Of a DNA stretch of 64,000 bases, positions 10,019 to 17,831 are shown piece after piece; positions within the stretch are counted from its first letter, which is position 1, and each line of letters starts with the position of its first letter. The position numbers were made by a program, and so were the translations under genes. Origin of the DNA: a virus; the IMG/VR virus record IMGVR_UViG_3300035661_000009, positions 64,001-128,000 of that record. One strand, 5' to 3'. Below the pieces are notes generated by a model, which did no database searches, had not been told where the DNA came from, and was given only the letters and a program-made list of their open reading frames with translations.

Positions 10019-10258
10019 TTATTTACTCTGACTACCACTACCACTAAGACTATCACTACCACTACCACTAAGATTACCACTACCACTAACACTATAACTA
10101 CCGCTAAAACCATAACTAAAACTACCACTATTACTATGACTACCACCAAAACTGCCACTACCACTAAGACTACCACTACTACGCCAATACTTTATATACC
10201 AAGGTATTGGAGGATAACGTCTAGTAAGCCTAGTAAGTCTGGTATGTCTAGTTTTCAT
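10019..10258 (-). CDS. Ser/Gly-rich array peptide
   Basis: Leader YPPIPWYIKYWR + (XS)n core. Confidence 0.75.
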   Translation of the reverse strand: MKTRHTRLTRLTRRYPPIPWYIKYWRSSGSLSGSGSFGGSHSNSGSFSYGFSGSYSVSGSGNLSGSGSDSLSGSGSQSK

Positions 10259-10278
10259 GGTTTTAATTAGTTATTTAG

Positions 10279-10497
10279 CTATTTACTCTGACTACCACTA
10301 CCACTATTACTAACGCTACCACTATTACTAACGCTACCACTACTACCACTATAACTACGACTACCACTATAACTATTACTATAACTATAATTACCACTAA
10401 CACTATAACTAACACTATTACGCCAATGCTTCAAATACCAAGGTATCGAAGGATGACATCTGGTAAGTCTAGTATATCTGGTAAGTCTAGTTTTCAT
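10279..10497 (-). CDS. Ser/Gly-rich array peptide
   Basis: Leader HPSIPWYLKHWR + (XS)n core. Confidence 0.75.
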   Translation of the reverse strand: MKTRLTRYTRLTRCHPSIPWYLKHWRNSVSYSVSGNYSYSNSYSGSRSYSGSSGSVSNSGSVSNSGSGSQSK

Positions 10498-10528
10498 GGT
10501 ATTGGTTAGTTATTGGTTAGTTATTTAG

Positions 10529-10816
10529 CTATTTACTCTGACTACCGCTATAACTATTACTACCACTAAAACTATTACTACCACTAAAACTATAACTACC
10601 ACTACCACTAAGACTACCACTAAGACTACCACTCTGATTACCACTCTGATTACCACTACTACTATAACTAACACTACCACTAACACTACCACTATTACTA
10701 CCACTACCACTACTACTACCATGCCAAAACTTCATATACCAAGGTATTGGAGGATAATTTCTAACTACTCTGGTAATTCTAGTAAGCCTAGTATATCTGG
10801 TAAGTCTGGTTTTCAT
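10529..10816 (-). CDS. Ser/Gly-rich array peptide
   Basis: Leader YPPIPWYMKFWH + (XS)n core. Confidence 0.75.
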   Translation of the reverse strand: MKTRLTRYTRLTRITRVVRNYPPIPWYMKFWHGSSSGSGSNSGSVSGSVSYSSSGNQSGNQSGSLSGSLSGSGSYSFSGSNSFSGSNSYSGSQSK

Positions 10817-10836
10817 GGTATTGGTTAGTTATTTAG

Positions 10837-11130
10837 CTATTTACTCTGACTACCACTATAACTACGACTACCGCTATCACTAAGACTACCACTATAACTA
10901 CCACTATAACTACGACTACCACTAAACCTATCACTACCACTACGACTACCACCAAGACTATAACTATAATTACCACTAAGACTATAACTATAATTACCGC
11001 TAACACTATAACCACCACTACCACTACCACTATAACTACTAGTACGCCAAAACTTCAAATACCAAGGTATTGGAGGATGATTTCTAACTACTCTAGTAAG
11101 TCTAGTAAGTCTGGTATGTCTAGTTTTCAT
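10837..11130 (-). CDS. Ser/Gly-rich array peptide
   Basis: Leader HPPIPWYLKFWR + (XS)n core. Confidence 0.75.
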   Translation of the reverse strand: MKTRHTRLTRLTRVVRNHPPIPWYLKFWRTSSYSGSGSGGYSVSGNYSYSLSGNYSYSLGGSRSGSDRFSGSRSYSGSYSGSLSDSGSRSYSGSQSK

Positions 11131-11153
11131 GGTTTTAATTAGTTATTAGATAG

Positions 11154-11408
11154 TTATTTACTACTACCACTACCACTACGACTATAACTATCACGACCAC
11201 TACCACTATAACTAACATTATAGCTATCACTACCACTATAACCACCACCACTATCACTATCACTATAACTATCACGACCACTACCACTACCACTAACACT
11301 AGAATTACCACTACCACTATAACTACTACTACGCCAAAGCTTCAAATACCAAGGTATCGAAGGGTAATATCTAACTACTCTAGTAAGTCTAGTTTTCATG
11401 GTTTTCAT
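11154..11408 (-). CDS. Ser/Gly-rich array peptide
   Basis: Leader YPSIPWYLKLWR + (XS)n core. Confidence 0.75.
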   Translation of the reverse strand: MKTMKTRLTRVVRYYPSIPWYLKLWRSSSYSGSGNSSVSGSGSGRDSYSDSDSGGGYSGSDSYNVSYSGSGRDSYSRSGSGSSK

Positions 11409-11432
11409 GGTATTGGTTAGTTATTTATTTAG

Positions 11433-11520
11433 CTAATTACTCTGACTACCACTACCACCAAAACCACTTATTTTGTTCCCAATGTTTCTTGATTGGTTTC
11501 GGTTTCCATAAAATGGCCAT
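11433..11520 (-). pseudogene. Degenerate or frameshifted array unit
   Basis: ATG 11520 gives MAILWKPKPIKKHWEQNKWFWW*; the canonical tail SGFGGSGSQSN* lies in another frame with no start. Confidence 0.55.
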
Positions 11521-11570
11521 TATAAAGGCCACAATTGGCTTATGAGAGCCATTGACCCCGACCGCTCCCC

Positions 11571-11600
11571 ACCCTAGCACACTGGCGCGCGTGCCGTCAA
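11571..11600 (-). promoter_or_regulatory. Conserved early promoter TTGACG-18-TAGGGT inside the array
   Basis: Member of the repeated promoter family. Confidence 0.75.
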
Positions 11601-11708
11601 GGGGTTAGAGAGCCTGCTAGGATTAAATTTATTGAGGTAAGGGCTTGACAAGTTATCGATTAAATGAAATAACCCACGCCCCTCACAGACATATTTTTAC
11701 ATTTCGTA

Positions 11709-11975
11709 TTAGCTACCAGCACCAAAACTAGTACCAAAACTACCACTACCCCTACGACTAGCACCAAAACTACCACTACCACTAAAACTAGCACCAAAAC
11801 TAGCACCAAAACTAGCACCAAAACTATAACTACCACTAAGACTACCAGTAAGACTACCACTACCACTATAACTAATACTACCATTACCACCGATACCACT
11901 ACCACTAAGACTACGCCAATAGCTTAAATGTCTAGGTATTGGAGGATACGGTCTAACTACTCTATTGATTTTCAT
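11709..11975 (-). CDS. Ser/Gly-rich array peptide, divergent (FGAS repeats)
   Basis: Leader YPPIPRHLSYWR; core contains SFGA x4. Confidence 0.72.
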   Translation of the reverse strand: MKINRVVRPYPPIPRHLSYWRSLSGSGIGGNGSISYSGSGSLTGSLSGSYSFGASFGASFGASFSGSGSFGASRRGSGSFGTSFGAGS

Positions 11976-12002
11976 GGTATTAATTAGTTATTAGTTATTT
12001 AG

Positions 12003-12245
12003 CTAATTACTCTTACTACCACTATAACTACGACTATTACTATTACTACGACTACCACTATAACTACGACTACCACTATTACTATTACTAAGACTACCAC
12101 TATAACTACGACTACCACTATAACTAAGACTAACACTATAACTAAGACTACCACTACTACTATAACTAGGCCAATAGCTTAAATACCAAGGTATTGAAGG
12201 ATACTGTCTGGTAAGTCTGGTAAATCTAGTAAGTCTAGTTTTCAT
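12003..12245 (-). CDS. Ser/Gly-rich array peptide
   Basis: Start reassigned to ATG 12245 (MKTRLTRF); leader YPSIPWYLSYWP. Confidence 0.75.
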   Translation of the reverse strand: MKTRLTRFTRLTRQYPSIPWYLSYWPSYSSSGSLSYSVSLSYSGSRSYSGSLSNSNSGSRSYSGSRSNSNSRSYSGSKSN

Positions 12246-12298
12246 GATATTGGTTAATGCTATTTTCGCTATTATTTGTGATCTTAACAACTAATAAC

Positions 12299-12550
12299 CT
12301 AATTATCACCATAACTATAACTACCACTATAACTAAGACTAACACTAAGACTAACACTAAGACTACCACTAACACTACCACTATAATTACCACTAAGACT
12401 ATAATTACCACTAAGACTATCACCAAAACTACCACTAAAACTATCACCAAAACTACCGCTACCACTACCACTATTACTACCACTATAACTACGCAAATAT
12501 CTTTTGGACCAAGGTCTTGGAGGATGATTTCTGGTAAGTCTAGTTTTCAT
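12299..12550 (-). CDS. Ser/Gly-rich array peptide
   Basis: Variant leader HPPRPWSKRYLR. Confidence 0.75.
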   Translation of the reverse strand: MKTRLTRNHPPRPWSKRYLRSYSGSNSGSGSGSFGDSFSGSFGDSLSGNYSLSGNYSGSVSGSLSVSLSVSLSYSGSYSYGDN

Positions 12551-12565
12551 GATATTAATTAGTTA

Positions 12566-12826
12566 TTAGTATTTACCCTGACTACCACTATAACTACGAC
12601 TATAACTACCACTACTACTAAAACTACCGCTACTACTAAAACTACCACTATGACTACCACTATAACTACGACTAAAACTACCGCTATCACTAAGACTACC
12701 ACTACGACTATAACTAAGACTACCACTACTACTATAACTACGCCAATAGCTTAAATACCAAGGTATTGAAGGATAATTCCTTGTAAGTCTAGTAAGTCTA
12801 GTATATCTGGTAAGTCTAGTTTTCAT
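12566..12826 (-). CDS. Ser/Gly-rich array peptide
   Basis: Leader YPSIPWYLSYWR. Confidence 0.75.
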   Translation of the reverse strand: MKTRLTRYTRLTRLTRNYPSIPWYLSYWRSYSSSGSLSYSRSGSLSDSGSFSRSYSGSHSGSFSSSGSFSSSGSYSRSYSGSQGKY

Positions 12827-12858
12827 GGTATTGGTTAGTTATTTATTTAGTTATTTAG

Positions 12859-13095
12859 CTAATTACCCTTACTACCGCTACCGCTACCACTATAACTATA
12901 GCTACCACTAACACTACCGCTACGACTACCGCTAAGACTATAACTAAAACTATAACTACCACTAACACTATAACTACCACTATAACTACTACTATAACTA
13001 CTACTATAACTACTACCATGCCAAAACTTTTTATACCAAGGTATCGAAGGATGATTTCTAACTACTCTGGTAAGTCTAGTTTTCATGGTTTTCAT
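12859..13095 (-). CDS. Ser/Gly-rich array peptide
   Basis: Leader HPSIPWYKKFWH. Confidence 0.75.
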   Translation of the reverse strand: MKTMKTRLTRVVRNHPSIPWYKKFWHGSSYSSSYSSSYSGSYSVSGSYSFSYSLSGSRSGSVSGSYSYSGSGSGSKGN

Positions 13096-13114
13096 GATAT
13101 TGGTTAGTTATTAG

Positions 13115-13372
13115 TTAATTACCCTGACTACCACTAAGACTATAACCAGTACTACGACTAACACTATAACTAAGACTACTACTAAGACTAGTACTAAGAC
13201 TACCACTATCACTAACACTACCGCTATAACTAACACTAAAACTATCACTACCACTAAAACTATAATTACCACTATAATTATAACTAAGACTACGACTATA
13301 ACTACGCCAATAGCTTAAATACCAAGGTATCGAAGGATAATGTCTGGTAAGTCTAGTGAGTCTAGTTTTCAT
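13115..13372 (-). CDS. Ser/Gly-rich array peptide
   Basis: Leader YPSIPWYLSYWR. Confidence 0.75.
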   Translation of the reverse strand: MKTRLTRLTRHYPSIPWYLSYWRSYSRSLSYNYSGNYSFSGSDSFSVSYSGSVSDSGSLSTSLSSSLSYSVSRSTGYSLSGSQGN

Positions 13373-13387
13373 GATATTAATTAGTTA

Positions 13388-13654
13388 TTAGTATTTACCC
13401 TGACTACCACTATTACTAAAACTACCACTATTACTAAAACTACCACTATTACTAAAACTACCACTATAACTAACACTACCGCTATGACTACCACTATAAC
13501 TAAGACTAACACTAAGACTACCACTAAGACTACCGCTACCACTATAACTAACACTATAATTATCACTATTACTACTACGCCAAAACTTTATATACCAAGG
13601 TCTTGAAGGATATGGTCTAACTACTCTAGTGAGTCTAGTAAATCTAGTTTTCAT
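13388..13654 (-). CDS. Ser/Gly-rich array peptide
   Basis: Leader YPSRPWYIKFWR. Confidence 0.75.
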   Translation of the reverse strand: MKTRFTRLTRVVRPYPSRPWYIKFWRSSNSDNYSVSYSGSGSLSGSLSVSLSYSGSHSGSVSYSGSFSNSGSFSNSGSFSNSGSQGKY

Positions 13655-13698
13655 GGTATTGGATAGTTATTTATTTAGTTATTTATTTAGTTATTTAG

Positions 13699-13980
13699 TT
13701 ATTTACTCTGACTACCACTAAAACTAAGACTAAAACTAAGACTATCACTAACACTACCGCTACCACTATTATTACGACTACCACTATTACTACCACTATT
13801 ACTACCACTATTACTACCACTATAACTAAGACTACCGCTATAACTACGATTATAACTACCACTACCACTAACACTAAACCTATAACTAAGACTACTACTA
13901 AGACTACTAGTATGCCAAAACTTCAAATACCAAGGTATTGGAGGATGATGTCTGGTAAGTCTCATAATTCTGGTTTTCAT
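13699..13980 (-). CDS. Ser/Gly-rich array peptide
   Basis: Leader HPPIPWYLKFWH. Confidence 0.75.
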   Translation of the reverse strand: MKTRIMRLTRHHPPIPWYLKFWHTSSLSSSLSYRFSVSGSGSYNRSYSGSLSYSGSNSGSNSGSNSGSRNNSGSGSVSDSLSFSLSFSGSQSK

Positions 13981-14012
13981 GGTATTGGATAGTTATTTAT
14001 TTAGCTAATTAG

Positions 14013-14231
14013 CTAATTACCCTTACTACCACTATAACTAAAACTATAATTACCAGTACCACTATAACTATAACTACCACTAACACTATGACCACCACCA
14101 CTATAACTAACACTATTACTAACACTATTACTAACACTATAACTACCGCTACCACTATAACTACTACTACGCCAAAGCTTTATATACCAAGGTATCGAAG
14201 GATAATGTCTAACAATTCTATTGGGTTTCAT
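14013..14231 (-). CDS. Ser/Gly-rich array peptide
   Basis: Start reassigned to ATG 14231 (MKPNRIVR); leader YPSIPWYIKLWR. Confidence 0.75.
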   Translation of the reverse strand: MKPNRIVRHYPSIPWYIKLWRSSSYSGSGSYSVSNSVSNSVSYSGGGHSVSGSYSYSGTGNYSFSYSGSKGN

Positions 14232-14284
14232 TGTATTGGTTAATGCTATTTTCGCTATTATTTGCGATCTTAACAACTAATAAC

Positions 14285-14563
14285 CTAATTATCGCCATAA
14301 CTACCACTACCGCTACCACTACCGCTAATACTAAGACTATAACTACCGCTACCACTAAAACTACCGCTACCACTAAAACTACCGCTACCACTATCGCTAT
14401 AACTATCACTAACACTACGACTATAACTACTACTACCACTATCACTACCACTATAACTACCACTACCACTACTACTAAAACTACCGCTACCACTACTACT
14501 ACGCCAAAACTTCATATACCAAGGTATTGGAGGATAATTTCTAACTACTCTATTGGTTTTCAT
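14285..14563 (-). CDS. Ser/Gly-rich array peptide
   Basis: Leader YPPIPWYMKFWR. Confidence 0.75.
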   Translation of the reverse strand: MKTNRVVRNYPPIPWYMKFWRSSSGSGSFSSSGSGSYSGSDSGSSSYSRSVSDSYSDSGSGSFSGSGSFSGSGSYSLSISGSGSGSGSYGDN

Positions 14564-14575
14564 GGTATTGGTTAG

Positions 14576-14800
14576 TTATTTACTCTGACTACCACTACGA
14601 CTAACACTATAACTACGACTACCACTAACACTACCACTATCACTATAACTAAGACTATAACTAGCACTAACACTACCACTAACACTAGCACTACGACTAC
14701 GACTACCACTATCACTAAGACTACTACTATGCCAAAACTTTATGGGCCAAGGTATTGAAGGATATGGTCTAACTACTCTGGCAACTTTATTGGGTTTCAT
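14576..14800 (-). CDS. Ser/Gly-rich array peptide
   Basis: Leader YPSIPWPIKFWH. Confidence 0.75.
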   Translation of the reverse strand: MKPNKVARVVRPYPSIPWPIKFWHSSSLSDSGSRSRSASVSGSVSASYSLSYSDSGSVSGSRSYSVSRSGSQSK

Positions 14801-14844
14801 AGTTTCATAGTTTTATGTGTTTATGTGTTTTATGGATTTTGTAA

Positions 14845-14883
14845 ACACAAATAGCCACTACAACAATTAGCTGTAGTGGCTAT
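14845..14883 (-). terminator. Hairpin terminator candidate after the globular gene in the array
   Basis: ATAGCCACTACA..TGTAGTGGCTAT 12-bp stem (14851-14883) followed by TTGTGTTT on the minus strand. Confidence 0.6.
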
Positions 14884-14932
14884 CAGCTTGCGACTTAATG
14901 CTTGTTACTTAATGCTTGTTACTTATTACTTA

Positions 14933-15214
14933 TTACTTCATTCGGTGAAGGACGGTGCCACCACGATCAATAATCATTTCTTCGGCGCCTTCATGCTTTT
15001 CCACGCGCTTGCCCTTGCCAGCGTAGAAATCCTTGTAATTGCCGGTTTCATAAACCGTGGCAGTATCCTTAAAAACGAAAACAGTTCCGGTCAGGGCAAC
15101 CAGCGTACCAATATACTGATACGTAGGAGTGCGGATATGATACTTCGCACCCTCAACAAAAATACCCATCTGGAGTTCACTATCAGCAACAACATCACGC
15201 ATTTCGTTGGACAT
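14933..15214 (-). CDS. Small beta-rich protein embedded in the peptide array (possibly Sm/SH3-like barrel)
   Basis: GAKYHIRTPTYQYIGTLVAL..TATVYETG; clear paralogue at 37304-37603; fold is inferred. Confidence 0.8.
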   Translation of the reverse strand: MSNEMRDVVADSELQMGIFVEGAKYHIRTPTYQYIGTLVALTGTVFVFKDTATVYETGNYKDFYAGKGKRVEKHEGAEEMIIDRGGTVLHRMK

Positions 15215-15257
15215 ATTTTCTTTCGGGTTAAGAGTGAAGAATTAAAGAATTAAAGGG

Positions 15258-15470
15258 TTATTTACTCTGACTACCACTACGACTATAACTAGAACTACGA
15301 CTACCACTACCGCTACTACTACCACTAAACCTATCACTACCACTAAAACTAAGACTAAAACTACTACTACCACTATCACTAACACTAAGACTACCGCTAC
15401 GCCAAAACTTCAAATACCAAGGTATCGAAGGATGATTTCTAACTACTTTGGCAACTTTATTGGGTTTCAT
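15258..15470 (-). CDS. Ser/Gly-rich array peptide
   Basis: Leader HPSIPWYLKFWR. Confidence 0.75.
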   Translation of the reverse strand: MKPNKVAKVVRNHPSIPWYLKFWRSGSLSVSDSGSSSFSLSFSGSDRFSGSSSGSGSRSSSYSRSGSQSK

Positions 15471-15595
15471 GGGCTAATTTGCCTAATTGATGATATAATT
15501 CAATGCCTGATTTACGCTCTTTTCAAGGTCAGAACCCATTGCTTTATTGCCTCGTTTGCGGACTACTTAGAGGGTTGGGGTGTGCGACCTGCCTC

Positions 15596-15624
15596 ACCCT
15601 ATCACGGGCGATCTGTAGCGTCAA
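15596..15624 (-). promoter_or_regulatory. Conserved early promoter TTGACG-17-TAGGGT inside the array
   Basis: Member of the repeated promoter family. Confidence 0.75.
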
Positions 15625-15880
15625 GCGACCGTCAAGCGACCGTCAAGCGACCGACGACGGTCAAGCGGTTGCGGTTATATACAGCGACATTGGCCAATAA
15701 TTGTTACGTTTCCCATACCCATTTCATGGCAACGCTTATTACAAATATCCTGTGAAGCGGAATAATGATAAATGCTCCAAAGAAAGGCAGACGAGAACGA
15801 AACGAGCACGGTCAAACAAATAACACCAAAAATCTTCATATCAAGCCTTTTCAGTTAAATTAAAGAGTTAAATTAAAGAG

Positions 15881-16102
15881 TTAATCATCCTGACTACCAC
15901 TAAGACTATTACTACCACTAAAACTACCGCTATAACTATCACTATAACTAAGACTATCACTACCACTATCGCTAACACTAAGACTATCACTACCGCTATA
16001 ACTAAGACTATCACTACGACTACCACTATAACTACGCAAATATCTTTTGGACCAAGGTATTGAAGGATAATGTCTGGTAAGTCTGGTATGTCTAGTTTTC
16101 AT
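15881..16102 (-). CDS. Ser/Gly-rich array peptide
   Basis: Leader YPSIPWSKRYLR. Confidence 0.75.
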   Translation of the reverse strand: MKTRHTRLTRHYPSIPWSKRYLRSYSGSRSDSLSYSGSDSLSVSDSGSDSLSYSDSYSGSFSGSNSLSGSQDD

Positions 16103-16123
16103 GATATTGGTTAGTTATTTACT

Positions 16124-16354
16124 CTAACTACTACGACTACCGCTACCACTAAAACCATAACTATAATTACCACTAAAACTATAATTACCGCTATCGCTAA
16201 CACTATCACTATCACTACCACTATAACTAAGACTAACACTATCACTACCACTATGACTAACAGTATAACTATCACTATCACTACTACGCCAATACTTTAT
16301 ATACCAAGGTCTTGGAGGATGATTTCTAGTAAGTCTAGTAAGTCTAGTTTTCAT
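16124..16354 (-). CDS. Ser/Gly-rich array peptide
   Basis: Leader HPPRPWYIKYWR. Confidence 0.75.
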   Translation of the reverse strand: MKTRLTRLTRNHPPRPWYIKYWRSSDSDSYTVSHSGSDSVSLSYSGSDSDSVSDSGNYSFSGNYSYGFSGSGSRSS

Positions 16355-16387
16355 GGTATTGGATAGTTATTTAGTTATTTATTTACT

Positions 16388-16630
16388 CTAACTACTACGA
16401 CTACCACTACCACTATAATTACCACTATAATTACCACTATAATTACCACCAAAACTACCACTATCACTATCACTATCACTAACACTAAGACTACCGCTAT
16501 AACTACCACTATTACTAAAACTACCGCTACCGCTACAACTACTACGCCAATACTTCAAATACCAAGGTCTTGGAGGATGATTTCTAACTACTCTGGTAAG
16601 CCTGGTAAGTCTAGTAAGTCTAGTTTTCAT
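16388..16630 (-). CDS. Ser/Gly-rich array peptide
   Basis: Leader HPPRPWYLKYWR. Confidence 0.75.
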   Translation of the reverse strand: MKTRLTRLTRLTRVVRNHPPRPWYLKYWRSSCSGSGSFSNSGSYSGSLSVSDSDSDSGSFGGNYSGNYSGNYSGSGSRSS

Positions 16631-16663
16631 GGTATTGGATAGTTATTTAGTTATTTATTTACT

Positions 16664-16885
16664 CTAACTACTACGACTACCACTACCACTATAATTGCCA
16701 CTAAAACTATAATTACCACTATAACTACCACCAAAACTATCACTATCACTAACACTAAGACTATCACTACCACTAAGACTACCGCTATAACTACCACTAT
16801 TACTAAAACTACCACTACCGCTACAACTACTACGCCAATAGCTTAAATACCAAGGTATTGAAGGATGATTTCTAACAATTCTCAT
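16664..16885 (-). CDS. Ser/Gly-rich array peptide (first unit, short leader)
   Basis: MRIVRNHPSIPWYLSYWR + (XS)n core. Confidence 0.72.
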   Translation of the reverse strand: MRIVRNHPSIPWYLSYWRSSCSGSGSFSNSGSYSGSLSGSDSLSVSDSDSFGGSYSGNYSFSGNYSGSGSRSS

Positions 16886-17802
16886 AGTTTATGGATTGGC
16901 ACATCTATTCCTTAAATAGTTCGTTTACAAAGAATGCAAAGTAACTTTTCATTTGGCCCGTGTCCGCCGTTTCTTATTGTAAGAACATTAGAGTTCCCAC
17001 CAAGAGTCTGAAACAGCACGTTCCGCCTCTGCCAAACATTTTTTCGCAAATATAAATTTTAATGTTAGTAGGAACATTTACGTCTTAATTTTATAAGACA
17101 TATTATCCCACCCTTTTAATGCAGAGGCTTACTTCCAAGATTTCGTAATTATTCTTAAATGCTAGGAAGCTATCTAGGGTTTTTTGCGCTTGCTTTAATG
17201 TATTGAATTGAAATGGGGTTTGAAAAAACTCTTCGGTAAAATCCCCGCCCTTATAGCCCAGAATATAATAAGTTTTATTTACGTTGTCCATTATCCACCT
17301 TCAAGTCATAAGGAATATTCAATGCAGTCAAAACACGACAGATATGCCACCTTCTAACTTCTTCAACACATACGCAAATCTTTTGATTCTTCCGAAACCA
17401 AGTAATTTCGTACACTTAGCCGACCTTTCCGGGATAACCTTTAACGCCTTGGTTATGTTTGAAATAATCCACAAACATATCGACGCAAACTCGGGCAGTC
17501 ATGATATCGCAGTTATTGCGGTTCTTAAATGCAATAATAGCATCGACAACATGATTGTTGCAAACAAGCAACCTTTCGGCGGTATTGAGCGGCATTTTTG
17601 ATGCACAAGACATGATCTCATCTTTGATCATATCTCGGATAACTCCGTCAATTCTGGTAAGCGCCTTATAGCGATGCTGATCGGTTTCGCTCAAAACTTC
17701 ATCAAGAATGATGAGAATGTTTTCTTTGATTGACATTTTTTAATCTGTTAGATAAAGTTAATGCGGGTTGAGCGCCGACCCCACCAGATGCCCGGCACCC
17801 CC

Positions 17803-17831
17803 ACCCTATCACACCCGGTTTCCGCTTGCAA
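17803..17831 (-). promoter_or_regulatory. Conserved early promoter TTGCAA-17-TAGGGT
   Basis: Near-identical to the copy at 22781-22809. Confidence 0.78.

Larger units (their letters stand above)
9481..16885 (-). repeat. Tandem array of leader + (X-Ser)n peptide genes (23 intact, 2 remnants)
   Basis: Repeated ~200-330 bp units: G-poor A/C/T spacer, conserved leader, variable NNT-AGT hexamer tract, conserved tail. Confidence 0.95.

Noticed and set aside
10525-14575. Poly-Val/Ile/Leu ORFs (minus) and poly-Thr ORFs (plus) over the array, also at 28975-29601
   Set aside because: They are alternative frames of the NNT-AGT hexamers. They lack conserved starts, whereas the Ser frame always begins at the conserved ATG leader.
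9481-16885. CRISPR array interpretation
   Set aside because: The constant parts are ~70-110 nt and variable. The 'spacers' are 100-210 nt of low-complexity related sequence, every unit is an open frame, and no cas genes are visible.
9481-16885. Diversity-generating retroelement as the source of the NNT variable codons
   Set aside because: There is no reverse transcriptase or AAY-rich template repeat in the window. The A of AGT is largely invariant, and cores vary in length rather than by substitution only. An RT elsewhere in the genome cannot be excluded.
9481-16885. Assembly artefact
   Set aside because: All units differ, keep frame, and are interleaved with unique genes and promoters. Long reads would still be the definitive check.
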